A stretch of DNA of 32,000 nt from Coprobacillaceae bacterium. Its GTDB lineage: Bacteria > Bacillota_I > Bacilli_A > Erysipelotrichales > Coprobacillaceae. The translations under genes were made by a program, and so were the position numbers. The DNA is taken from NCBI GenBank assembly GCA_963675515.1, contig OY776328.1, positions 2,700,001-2,732,000 of the forward strand, given 5' to 3'. How positions within the stretch are numbered: position 1 is the stretch's first letter; each line of letters starts with the position of its first letter. Positions 9,610 to 17,975 of this stretch are shown one piece after another. Under the pieces are notes generated by a model. The model saw only the letters and a list, made by a program, of their open reading frames with translations, made no database searches and had not been told where the DNA came from.

Positions 9610-10353
9610 CTACAGGTCGATTTCGATTTCCCGGACCCGTTCATAGCCGATCCGGTATATCTCTTCATTATTGCTTGTATCCAGGATATTGTAGTCGGAA
9701 AGTTCCTCGATCCGGATCAGAAGGTCGCAGTACATTTCCTTGTCGGGCTGCATCCCCGATGTCATCTGCAGGATCTGGGTGATTACTTCCGAAAATCCGT
9801 CAACCTTATCGATTTCCTTGACCGGGTTGATGTCGATTGCGATTAGTTTATGACATTTGCCTACCAGTGGCGTAACCGGTACGTTGTCGATTACCCCGCC
9901 ATCGACATACTGATGGCCATCAATAGTGACAGGTGTAAACAGGATTGGAATAGACGCCGAGGCCTGGATTGCCTGAGCCACATTGCCGGAGCTGATGTAT
10001 TCAACCCGGCCGGTATTAAGATTTGAAACGCAGACGTAGAGTGGAAAATCAAGATCTTCAAACGTCTTATGTTCCAGGATTTCATCGAGTTTCTTGCCAA
10101 GGTTGTCAAGCGATGCGAAGCCGCTGACCGGCAAGGTGATTCTTGCCGCCTCCATCAGTTTGACATCCTTTAAAAAATCCATGATCTCGTCAGACGTTTT
10201 CGAGGCCGCCAATAGCCCGGCCACGATGGCTCCGGCGCTGGTTCCAGCGAAAATTTCCGGCCTGATCCCTTTTTCTTCAAGAGCCTTGATTGCCCCGATA
10301 TGGGCGAAACCGCGGGTGCCTCCGCCCCCGAGTGCCAGACCGATCTTATTCAT
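9610..10353 (-). CDS. Patatin-like phospholipase (RssA/YlbK-like)
   Basis: GGGGTRGFAHIGAIKAL (oxyanion-hole Gly-rich loop), GTSAGAIV (GxSxG nucleophile) and YVDGGVIDNVP (catalytic Asp). Confidence 0.85.
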   Translation of the reverse strand: MNKIGLALGGGGTRGFAHIGAIKALEEKGIRPEIFAGTSAGAIVAGLLAASKTSDEIMDFLKDVKLMEAARITLPVSGFASLDNLGKKLDEILEHKTFEDLDFPLYVCVSNLNTGRVEYISSGNVAQAIQASASIPILFTPVTIDGHQYVDGGVIDNVPVTPLVGKCHKLIAIDINPVKEIDKVDGFSEVITQILQMTSGMQPDKEMYCDLLIRIEELSDYNILDTSNNEEIYRIGYERVREIEIDL

Positions 10354-11678
10354 TGTTCCACCCCCTTCATAGCACCGTTGCCAAAGTCAAGGGTGTCCTT
10401 GTATTCGTTGTAGATACGGCTGTATTCGATCTTGTCATACTCGTTTTTCTTGATCTTGTCGAAGAGCATCTTGGCATATTCATCGATCAAATCAAGATTG
10501 CTTTGACTTGCCAGTCCCTTGGCCAGCCGCAGCGACTTGAACAGGGCAACCATGACGCTGCTGTCACCTTGGCCGTAATGGACAATCTGGTGATAAGCCT
10601 CGTATAGCACAACCCCGAAGTCATAGGCTTCGTAAATGATGAAACCTTTTGCTTCCTGGTCCTTTACCAGCAGCTGACCCTTTTCGATCTCGGCGATATC
10701 CCGCAACAGAAGACCTATTATCCTCAGGCAGTGGACCGCCGTGTTAGGATCGTTGATGCCAGGTGAAAGGGCACGCAGGGCGATCTCCACGATCTTCTGG
10801 ATGGTGAAGTTGAAATCCTGGGTTTCCGTCTTCTTGTTGCCGATCATCACGCAGTTCTGGATATCCCTGATTATGTCCTGGTCCAGGGGTCCTATTTCCT
10901 GGTAATAGACGTTGATTATCCTTGTTTGCATCGACACAAACTGGCCAACGACTTTTTCAAACGATACGACACATTGGTTATCCCTGGCGATTTCCTTGAG
11001 TCTGGCATAATCAATCTCCTGGATGTAACCGTCCTGGGGACTGAACACTTCAACGAAATAAAGGTCTTTGATGATGTTTTCCACCCCGTCCTGGGAGACT
11101 GCCTGCGCCTTTGCCACGAAATTACGATAATGATTTATTTTCGACATAGCTTCCCTGTCAAGCCGCCGGATCAACCCATTTGGCTGGATGTAGGTTGAGA
11201 CATTGTGGATGAACACAAGAAAGTATACCAGGCCTAGAATGATGTAGACAACCCCGACACTCGCAACCATGACCCGGTCGGTTTCCATATATGTCGAGCT
11301 CATGAAAAGCAGCGACGCTATCGAATAGATGAAACCGCTCAAAAAGACACCGAACGATTTCATCGTCGTCTCGTTGTGGAGAAAGTTTTCAACGACCCGG
11401 GGAGTAAATTGGGATGAATACATCGTCAAGACGACCATGGTAGTCGAGAATGTGAACGTCGCAATAGTGATGAAAGCTCCGGCAATTATGCCCAGGACAT
11501 TTTGCGCCATGGCGGCGGTTGTGTAGAATACCCCATTCAACAACACGGAAATCTCCAAGCCCCAATTACGATCCAGAAAACTTACAGTGATCGCCAGTGC
11601 CAGCGCGGCCAGACTGTAGATTGTCGGATAGAGCCAGATGCTTGTTTTTATTTTATTGACGATTCGCTGCTTGAACAT
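10350..11678 (-). CDS. DUF2254 family membrane protein
   Basis: 442 aa with N-terminal TM helices, the SSQFTPRVVENF motif and a large soluble C-terminal half. Its stop overlaps the patatin start (ATGA). RBS is GGAGGG. Confidence 0.65.
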   Translation of the reverse strand: MFKQRIVNKIKTSIWLYPTIYSLAALALAITVSFLDRNWGLEISVLLNGVFYTTAAMAQNVLGIIAGAFITIATFTFSTTMVVLTMYSSQFTPRVVENFLHNETTMKSFGVFLSGFIYSIASLLFMSSTYMETDRVMVASVGVVYIILGLVYFLVFIHNVSTYIQPNGLIRRLDREAMSKINHYRNFVAKAQAVSQDGVENIIKDLYFVEVFSPQDGYIQEIDYARLKEIARDNQCVVSFEKVVGQFVSMQTRIINVYYQEIGPLDQDIIRDIQNCVMIGNKKTETQDFNFTIQKIVEIALRALSPGINDPNTAVHCLRIIGLLLRDIAEIEKGQLLVKDQEAKGFIIYEAYDFGVVLYEAYHQIVHYGQGDSSVMVALFKSLRLAKGLASQSNLDLIDEYAKMLFDKIKKNEYDKIEYSRIYNEYKDTLDFGNGAMKGVEQ

Positions 11679-11705
11679 GATACAGCCCTCCAGTAAGCGT
11701 GGCTT

Positions 11706-12083
11706 TTACAAGTCTAAAATATGACATCTTTCATGCTTCAATTGTAACACAATTACCTCGCCAATAACAGTTGTCAGGGATACAAAAAAGACAGCATAAC
11801 AGCCGTCTAAGTTTTTTGTGATTGTGACATCAATCTGGTCGCCCACGCCTTTGCCTATTCGCTTCTGGATTGCCTTGGTTATTCCAATAATGTAACAGAT
11901 CAGGCCATCCGCCCTTTTCAAGCCCATATCGGCCATGCTGCCAAAGTAATCAACACAATCTAAGGTCGCCCTGACTTTCACCCGGACCCGGTTGAAATCA
12001 TTTTTCACATGTCAGGTGAACACCACATAAGCTCCGCCCTTATTGATGGAAAAAGCCTGTATTTCTCCTTTATGAATTTGTCC
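11706..12083 (-). pseudogene. DUF1905 domain gene, disrupted by a frameshift at codon 2 and an in-frame TGA
   Basis: AGGAGGAAAAG-ATG GGA AAC.. terminates after 7 codons. The +1 frame reads ETGQIHKGEIQAFSINKGGAYVVFT-TGA-HVKNDFNRVRVKVRATLDCVDYFGSMADMG...ITKAIQKRIGKGVGDQIDVTITK, which is DUF1905-like. Removing one G from ATGGG restores the ATG-GAA frame. Confidence 0.6.
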
Positions 12084-12102
12084 TGTTTCCCATCTTTTCC
12101 TC

Positions 12103-12657
12103 CTAGATCTTGACCTTGGCCCTGAAGCCCCGCGCCCCATAATAGGAGTCGGCACCGTTATGGTAGGTAAAGACAGTGTCATAGCGACAGTCGCCAAAAA
12201 TCGCACCTCCAAGCTTCCGGATCTTCTCCGGGGTCAATAGCCAGCTCGATGTCTTCGTATCGTAGCGACCGGAGGTCTGGAGCAACGCATAATCATCAAC
12301 GCCAAGAATCTCCACCCCCATCTTAGCAGCCATTTCGAGCGCGCTTGATTCGGGCGGGAATTTCTTGCGGTTGATTCGCGCATCCATGTCGTAACAAAGG
12401 TTCCTTCTCACTTTGGGAGATTCCTTGGAGCAGTCGACAAACAGAAATTCGGCGCTTTTATCGTTGTAACTTATCACATCAGGCTCTCCGCCGGTCTGCT
12501 CCATTGACATGATCGCTTCCAGCTTGTCGGGACTGCCTTTCAATTTTCGCTCCACATCAGCCCAATCAAGGTCAGGATGACGTTTGGTGTTGGCCTTGAA
12601 TCGTTGTTCAAGGATTGCGATAATTTCTTCATTTTTCATTTCAGTTGCCTCTTTCAT
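12103..12657 (-). CDS. DUF4256 family protein
   Basis: EQTGGEPDVISYN, FVDCSKESPKVRRNLCYD, DTKTSSWLLTPEKIRKLGGAIFGDCRYDTVFTYHNGADSYYGARGFRA. The start is placed at ATG 12657 (RBS AGGAAGG). The tracked ORF extends to 12690. Confidence 0.75.
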   Translation of the reverse strand: MKEATEMKNEEIIAILEQRFKANTKRHPDLDWADVERKLKGSPDKLEAIMSMEQTGGEPDVISYNDKSAEFLFVDCSKESPKVRRNLCYDMDARINRKKFPPESSALEMAAKMGVEILGVDDYALLQTSGRYDTKTSSWLLTPEKIRKLGGAIFGDCRYDTVFTYHNGADSYYGARGFRAKVKI

Positions 12658-12879
12658 GGTATCACCTTCCTGTTTGCTTTTGCCTGCCACCAGGCTGTTT
12701 GACGGATTTCGAGATTATTAATCATCTGTCTTGCCTTCCTGGTTGCCCACTCATCCTAATGACATAAAAATGGAATGTCCAAGTCAAAGTCAAGCAAGAC
12801 GATCAATCAACTTATTAATTGATTGGCAGTTTGAAATCTTCTTCGAATCCCTGACTATAAAGGAGATCCCTTTAATGGA

Positions 12880-12993
12880 CTAGATGAGTAGATCCTGGAT
12901 ATAGCCGATTTCGTCTTTTTTGCCGCAAACTCCGGCAATGGTGCATCCCTGGTTTTTGGCAGTTTCCTGACATTGGAAACAAAACATACTCAT
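12880..12993 (-). pseudogene. hcp: N-terminal remnant (37 codons) of hydroxylamine reductase / hybrid-cluster protein
   Basis: GGAGGAAAAAGU-AUG; [37 protein letters not shown]. This is the conserved Hcp N-terminus including Cys-x2-Cys-x8-Cys-x5-Cys. No Hcp-like sequence follows. Confidence 0.7.
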
Positions 12994-13205
12994 ACTTTTT
13001 CCTCCTTCGTTTTTGTTATGAGTTCGTCTAAATCACTTCACGTTTAGTATAACGCTTACATCGAATATTATCAATACAAATGAGATTGAAATGATGGCTG
13101 ATGCGGCAATCGTCCGGATTCAGGTTGTCAGCAACAAAACCAATCCGGCTTGGGATATTTAATTTTAACGAATTCACCTAAATGCAAGCGTTTTTATCAT
13201 TTTTG

Positions 13206-13214
13206 TGGTACAAT
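13206..13214 (+). promoter_or_regulatory. Extended -10 promoter element upstream of the mrp operon
   Basis: TGgTACAAT lies about 45 nt before the ATG at 13261. There is no good -35. Confidence 0.4.
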
Positions 13215-13260
13215 TAAAACAACAAATGTTTGAAAATGTTTCTTAAAGTCCGGAGGCGTT

Positions 13261-13758
13261 ATGAACAAGATAAAAAACAATGTACTCTTATCGATTCTAC
13301 TTGTGGCTGTATGGGTCGTCCTGAATGGCAGCTACACTTTCACCACTTTTTTGACCGGCTTGGTCATGGCCTTGATCACAATCGTGCTCCTTGCCATGCT
13401 CCACCCCCACCAAAGCGACTTGTATGACTATCACATCTCGCCTGCAAGGTTAATTTTGTTTCTTGGAGTCCTGTTCAAGAACATCTATATTTCCGCCTTC
13501 AAGACCGTGATCAACCTTCTCAAGGGCAATATCAGGCCTGAATTTGTCACTGTTGAAACGAAAATCAAAAGTCCCTGGCTCCAGGCGCTCATCGGCAACG
13601 CCATCACCCTGACTCCAGGCACTGTGACCATCCATCTTTCGAGCAACAAGTATGTGGCTTTGTGGCTGTATCCAAGCACAACCGATGATCAAGAGATCAA
13701 AAAAGAATTGCTTGGCGATTTCGAGGATGTCCTGGAGGGCGGTGACCATGATGCTTGA
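13261..13758 (+). CDS. mrpE: Na+/H+ antiporter subunit E (MrpE/MnhE/MbhA-like)
   Basis: 165 aa with NAITLTPGTVTI (the family ITLTPGT motif), two N-terminal TM helices and a GGAGG RBS. Confidence 0.8.
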   Translation: MNKIKNNVLLSILLVAVWVVLNGSYTFTTFLTGLVMALITIVLLAMLHPHQSDLYDYHISPARLILFLGVLFKNIYISAFKTVINLLKGNIRPEFVTVETKIKSPWLQALIGNAITLTPGTVTIHLSSNKYVALWLYPSTTDDQEIKKELLGDFEDVLEGGDHDA

Positions 13759-14005
13759 TTATCTGTTTCCGTTTTTTGCCTGCTGCGGTTTGCTGTTTCT
13801 GGTCTTATTGATCATCGGCCCTTCCATCTGGGACCGGCTGTTGTTTCTCAACCTGTTTTTCATCTTCATGCTTTTGACCATGATCGTCTACGCCCTGATA
13901 AAAGATCTCGATTATCTGCTCGATATCGCCATCGTCTACGCTTTGCTTGGTTTCATCGGAATCGTATTTACGGCCAGATTCATTCAAAGAAAGGGGAAAA
14001 TATGA
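13748..14005 (+). CDS. mrpF: Na+/H+ antiporter subunit F (MrpF/MnhF/MbhB-like)
   Basis: 85 aa, 3 TM, GPSIWDRLLFLN (GPxxxDR motif). Overlaps the mrpE stop. Confidence 0.75.
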   Translation: MMLDYLFPFFACCGLLFLVLLIIGPSIWDRLLFLNLFFIFMLLTMIVYALIKDLDYLLDIAIVYALLGFIGIVFTARFIQRKGKI

Positions 14006-14313
14006 TGGATGTGCTCAAACTTGTCGGAGGTTGCCTGATCCTTGCCGGAATACTCTTCCAGCTTTTTGGAATATTGGGCATCTTGACCCACCGCAACTTC
14101 TATGTGAATCTTTGCCTGTCATCCTTGATCGACTCCGCCGGTCTTTTTGCCATCCTGATTGGCCTGATTTTCTACAATGGCTTGAATATGGCCTCGCTCA
14201 AAATCGGATTCATCGTCCTTTTGATGCTGCTGTTGAACCCCTTGTCGAATCACATCCTGGGCCGGGGCGCCCATCTAAGCAACTATCATCCCCAAAGGCG
14301 GGTGAAAAAATGA
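14002..14313 (+). CDS. mrpG: Na+/H+ antiporter subunit G (MrpG/MnhG/MbhC-like), divergent
   Basis: 103 aa, 3 TM, ATGA overlap with mrpF. The assignment rests on position and topology. The usual RxPDxYxRxH motif is degenerate (THRNFYVNLCLSS). Confidence 0.6.
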   Translation: MMDVLKLVGGCLILAGILFQLFGILGILTHRNFYVNLCLSSLIDSAGLFAILIGLIFYNGLNMASLKIGFIVLLMLLLNPLSNHILGRGAHLSNYHPQRRVKK

Positions 14314-14885
14314 TACTTGACCTGTTTTACCTGTCGCTGATTGTCTTCGCCATCCTGGCAATGCAAAGCCGCAGCCTTCGCAATGCCGTGATCTATCTCT
14401 CCGTGTTTTCCCTGATCTGCTCGGTTGTCTACCTGCTTCTAAGCGCCCCGGACGTGGCCATCGCCGAGGCGACCATCGGCTGCACCCTGTCGACGATACT
14501 CTACCTGGTGGCCTTGAAAAAGTACAAGATATTCACAGTCTATTACAACTGCTATTTCAATGACGACATCCACCTTGAAGGCCTCCAAAAGGAGCGCGAC
14601 CAGATCAAGGCGATCCTGAGAGATTTTGCCACCAATCAGGAACTGCAGCTCGACCTGATCAACACCACCACCAGTTTCACCAAACTCAAGCAAAGCGCCA
14701 CTTGCGATGTCGTGATCTTCCACAGTCCCAACGGAATCTGGCTTCACGGCATCAAAAACAGCTACCAGTACCTTAAACTGCTGGAACTGCTGCAAAATAA
14801 GACCGATCTTGTCAAGGAAGGAAAATTCATAGAAGGGGAGGATTGGAGCGATGAAGCCAATTCAACTGATAACCAGATACCGTAG
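14310..14885 (+). CDS. DUF4040 (MbhD / MrpA C-terminal-like) membrane subunit with a 120-aa soluble C-terminal extension
   Basis: MILDLFYLSLIVFAILAMQSRSLRNAVIYLSVFSLICSVVYLLLSAPDVAIAEATIGCTLSTILYLVAL matches DUF4040. Residues from about 70 to 191 are hydrophilic and I do not recognise them. The start is the internal ATG of tracked ORF 13947..14885. Confidence 0.65.
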   Translation: MILDLFYLSLIVFAILAMQSRSLRNAVIYLSVFSLICSVVYLLLSAPDVAIAEATIGCTLSTILYLVALKKYKIFTVYYNCYFNDDIHLEGLQKERDQIKAILRDFATNQELQLDLINTTTSFTKLKQSATCDVVIFHSPNGIWLHGIKNSYQYLKLLELLQNKTDLVKEGKFIEGEDWSDEANSTDNQIP

Positions 14886-15135
14886 GAAAATGATTGCCCT
14901 CTGGCTTGTGATCCTGGTTTCAATCATTGTTTTTTTGCCTGCTGAATCACACGAAAGCCACCTGGATCTGTACAACTATGTGACCGAGAATTTTCACGAG
15001 GAGACCCAGGCGGATAATGCGGTAACCGCCATCTACCTCGACTACCGGATGTTCGACACCTTGTTTGAGACCTTGCTGCTTCTGGTGAGTGTCATCGGCA
15101 TAATCTATTTCTCACGTCATGAGGGGGACTACTGA
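14851..15135 (+). CDS. MrpB N-terminal-like small subunit (MbhE-like)
   Basis: ADNAVTAIYLDYRMFDTLFETLLLLVSV matches the MnhB-type NxVTAILLDYRGxDTLGE motif. An alternative start is at 14890. Confidence 0.65.
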   Translation: MKPIQLITRYRRKMIALWLVILVSIIVFLPAESHESHLDLYNYVTENFHEETQADNAVTAIYLDYRMFDTLFETLLLLVSVIGIIYFSRHEGDY

Positions 15136-15521
15136 TGGAAAAACATTCTAAATTGCTGCGGGTGACCATGGGCGCCATTTACCCATTCATCATCATCTTT
15201 GGACTGTATGTCATCTTCAACGGCCATACATCTCCTGGAGGCGGATTCCAGGGGGGCGCCATTTTGAGCGCCGTGTTCATCGTCCAGTATTTCACCACCT
15301 ACAAGAAAACGACAAGCCTGGAGCTGCTAAACAAGATCGAAAAGATCCTCTATCTGGCCCTGGTGATGGTCGCAATCCTTTTTGTCTTCGAATTCCGCGG
15401 AAGCATCCCGAAAGTTCTCAAGCCTTATTATCTGATCACCATGAACACGCTTATCGGGATCAAGGTCGCCTGCGGTCTTAGCATCATCTTCTATCGCTTC
15501 GTCCTTTTTGAAAGTCGGTGA
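15135..15521 (+). CDS. mrpB: Na+/H+ antiporter subunit B (MrpB/MnhB/MbhF-like)
   Basis: NGHTSPGGGFQGGAILSAVFIV is the family signature GHxxPGGGFxGG. 4 TM. Confidence 0.8.
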   Translation: MEKHSKLLRVTMGAIYPFIIIFGLYVIFNGHTSPGGGFQGGAILSAVFIVQYFTTYKKTTSLELLNKIEKILYLALVMVAILFVFEFRGSIPKVLKPYYLITMNTLIGIKVACGLSIIFYRFVLFESR

Positions 15522-15525
15522 ATAT

Positions 15526-15876
15526 ATGAACGACGGATTTCTAGACGGCACGCTGGTAGCCCTGGCGCTTTTTGCCATCGGCGTCTACGGCTTGCTGGCG
15601 CGCCACAACATCATCAAGACAATCATGGCATTTGGCATCATCCAGGCCGCCATCATCCTTTTCTTCTTGAACATAAACCTTCTTGATGATATGGCCCCTC
15701 CCATTGCCGGCCAGACAAATATGGCCGACCCCTTTCCCCAGGCGTTGATGATAACGGCGATAGTGATTGGAGTGGCAGTTACCGCAGTGGGGCTGACGAT
15801 GTTCATGAGCCTGTATCACCATTACGGATCGACCAACTGGGTCAAAATCCAGAAAATGCGAAAGGAGAACAAGTGA
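15526..15876 (+). CDS. mrpC: Na+/H+ antiporter subunit C (MrpC/MnhC/NuoK-like)
   Basis: LALFAIGVYGLLARHNIIKTIMAFGIIQAAIILFFL is NuoK/MnhC-like. ATG 15526 is chosen over the tracked TTG at 15508. Confidence 0.8.
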   Translation: MNDGFLDGTLVALALFAIGVYGLLARHNIIKTIMAFGIIQAAIILFFLNINLLDDMAPPIAGQTNMADPFPQALMITAIVIGVAVTAVGLTMFMSLYHHYGSTNWVKIQKMRKENK

Positions 15877-17474
15877 TGGGACTCTATTGGTTTATCGTCC
15901 TGCCCCTGATAATCGGGCTGCTTTTCTACTTTTCCCATTCCTACAGGACCAGGGTCTTGGTGCTTCTGGTGCAGCTGGCGTTCTTCATCATGGCCTGGAT
16001 AAACTTTTTTGACGTCAAGAGAACAGGTACCAAGATGGAGATAATCGGAGGATATGACATTGGCGTTGGAATAACGCTGAAGGCCGACCTGTTTTCAAGC
16101 ACAATGGTCATCCTTACGGTCTTTTTGTTTAGCTGTATGCTTCTATACAACCTGAACAAGAGCTATTTCAACCACCTGTTCCTGTTTCTGTTCGTGGCCC
16201 TGGAAGGCCTGATTTCAGGAATCTTCCTTTCCAACGACCTTTTCAATATTTATGTCATGATTGAGGTGTCGACAATCATCGTCACAATCCTGATAATCTT
16301 CAAAAAAGACTCCCAGTCGATATATGATGGGATCATCTATCTGTTTGCCAACCTTTGCGCGATGACTCTGTTTCTTCTTGGCATCGGTTATGTCTACAAG
16401 ATATTCGGGACAACCGATTTGACGTTGCTTGGACAAAGGATTGGCCAGGTATCCAACGAACGGGCTTTGATCATCCCTTTTGCCCTCCTTGTGAGTGCGG
16501 TATGTCTCAAATCGGCAATCATGCCCCTGTTCTCCTGGCTGCCCCGGGCCCATGGCACAGCCTCGGCCCCGTCGATCGTCTCGGCCATCCTTTCGGGCCT
16601 TTATGTCAAAGGGGGCGTCTATCTATTTGTCCGGATCTTCGACTTGTTTGCGCCGGTTTTCGATGAAACAGTCATTTTCATGGTTTTCGGTTTTCTGACC
16701 GCGGTTGTCGGCTGGATCTTCGCCCTCAGCCAGAATGACATCAAGCTGATGCTCGCCTACAGCACTGTCTCCCAGATCGGAGTCATCGTCTTCGGGCTCT
16801 CGCTTGGTTCGGATTATGGCTACTGGGGGGGCGTATACCACATCCTCAACCACGCCATTTTCAAATCGACCCTGTTTTTGACCGCCGGGATAATTGTCGA
16901 TGAATACCATACCCGCGATATCAGGAAAATATCGGGAGTGTTTTCCCGGATGCCCTATGTCTCTATTGCCTCGCTTTTTGCCATCCTGGGAATAACGGGA
17001 GCCCCGCTTTTCAACGGGAGCTTCTCGAAGAACCTGATCGAAAAGGGCACGGGCGATTCCTTGATTTTCGATTTTGCCTTTTTCATTATCAACATCGGAA
17101 CAATCCTGATTTTCATCAAGTATAGCCAGATCTTCAAAGGAAAATCACCCACCAGATTCTTTCTCCGGTGGAATCAGAAGTTTGTGATCATGCTTCTGGG
17201 GTCGACCTGCTTTTTGATGGGGATAACCGGACCCTATCTCATGGATTTCCTGTTTGATTTCCATACCACGGTATTGTGGTCATCGTATCTTATCAAGCTG
17301 TCGGTCTATTGCTTCACCGTATTGGCCGGCTACTTGTTCTATCGCCACATCTATGTCAAGGTTCCCCTGTTTGGCTACATCAGGGCCATGGAGCTTTCAT
17401 TCAACGAGATAATCATGGCGATCTTTGCGTTCTTCACCGGATTTTTGATTTTATTGATTTTTCAGGTCGGATAA
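15873..17474 (+). CDS. mrpD: Antiporter-like large subunit (MrpD/MbhH/NuoM-N family, Proton_antipo_M)
   Basis: 533 aa, about 14-16 TM, with SAIMPLFSWLPRAHGTASAPSIVSAILSGLYVKGGVY and ILNHAIFKSTLFLTAG. ATGA overlap with mrpC. Confidence 0.85.
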   Translation: MMGLYWFIVLPLIIGLLFYFSHSYRTRVLVLLVQLAFFIMAWINFFDVKRTGTKMEIIGGYDIGVGITLKADLFSSTMVILTVFLFSCMLLYNLNKSYFNHLFLFLFVALEGLISGIFLSNDLFNIYVMIEVSTIIVTILIIFKKDSQSIYDGIIYLFANLCAMTLFLLGIGYVYKIFGTTDLTLLGQRIGQVSNERALIIPFALLVSAVCLKSAIMPLFSWLPRAHGTASAPSIVSAILSGLYVKGGVYLFVRIFDLFAPVFDETVIFMVFGFLTAVVGWIFALSQNDIKLMLAYSTVSQIGVIVFGLSLGSDYGYWGGVYHILNHAIFKSTLFLTAGIIVDEYHTRDIRKISGVFSRMPYVSIASLFAILGITGAPLFNGSFSKNLIEKGTGDSLIFDFAFFIINIGTILIFIKYSQIFKGKSPTRFFLRWNQKFVIMLLGSTCFLMGITGPYLMDFLFDFHTTVLWSSYLIKLSVYCFTVLAGYLFYRHIYVKVPLFGYIRAMELSFNEIIMAIFAFFTGFLILLIFQVG

Positions 17475-17489
17475 CAGGAGGGATATATT

Positions 17490-17945
17490 ATGACCAGAAA
17501 GTACGAAAAACCTGATATGAAAACCATTAAAGACAGACTGACCGACATCCAGTATGCCGTCACCCAGGAGCAGGCCACCGAACCGCCCTTTTCAAATAAG
17601 TATGACTCATTTTTCGAAGAAGGCATCTATGTCGATATCGTGACGGGCGAACCGATGTTCTCATCGCTCGACAAGTTCGATTCCCATTGCGGCTGGCCGA
17701 GTTTTTCCAGACCGATAGAACCGGAGCGGATTAAAAAAAGCGATGACTACAGCCATCACATGCACCGGATCGAGGTCAAAAGCGCCATCGGGGATTCCCA
17801 TCTCGGCCACGTCTTCAATGATGGACCGGCAAAGGATGGCGGGATGCGCTATTGCATCAACGGTGCCTCATTGCGCTTTATCAAAAGGGAACAGCTGGAA
17901 AGCGAAGGCTATGGGGAATACCTGAAATTATTTGAAAAGGAATAG
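17490..17945 (+). CDS. msrB: Peptide-methionine (R)-S-oxide reductase
   Basis: [26 protein letters not shown]. An AGGAGGG RBS lies 15 nt after the mrpD stop. Confidence 0.95.
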   Translation: MTRKYEKPDMKTIKDRLTDIQYAVTQEQATEPPFSNKYDSFFEEGIYVDIVTGEPMFSSLDKFDSHCGWPSFSRPIEPERIKKSDDYSHHMHRIEVKSAIGDSHLGHVFNDGPAKDGGMRYCINGASLRFIKREQLESEGYGEYLKLFEKE

Positions 17946-17975
17946 GACTCGGCAAATCCGGGTCCTATTCCTTTT
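17937..17975. terminator. Bidirectional terminator between the convergent msrB and pirin genes
   Basis: AAGGAAUAGGAC-(12-nt loop)-GUCCUAUUCCUU is a perfect 12-bp stem followed by UU. It overlaps both stop codons. Confidence 0.85.

Noticed and set aside
11706-12212. The in-frame TGA in the DUF1905 gene might indicate a recoded genetic code (TGA as a sense codon, tables 4/25) or selenocysteine.
   Set aside because: TGA clearly terminates other genes here at family-typical lengths, for example the RpiR gene at 3337-3339, the acyltransferase gene at 20128-20130 and mrpE. No SECIS-like hairpin follows the codon, and the same gene also carries a frameshift. A pseudogene is the simpler explanation.
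13947-14309. The long N-terminal extension of tracked ORF 13947..14885, which overlaps mrpF and mrpG in another frame.
   Set aside because: The extension is Arg/Pro-rich and non-membrane, and it overlaps two well-supported genes. The real start is ATG 14310, abutting the mrpG stop.
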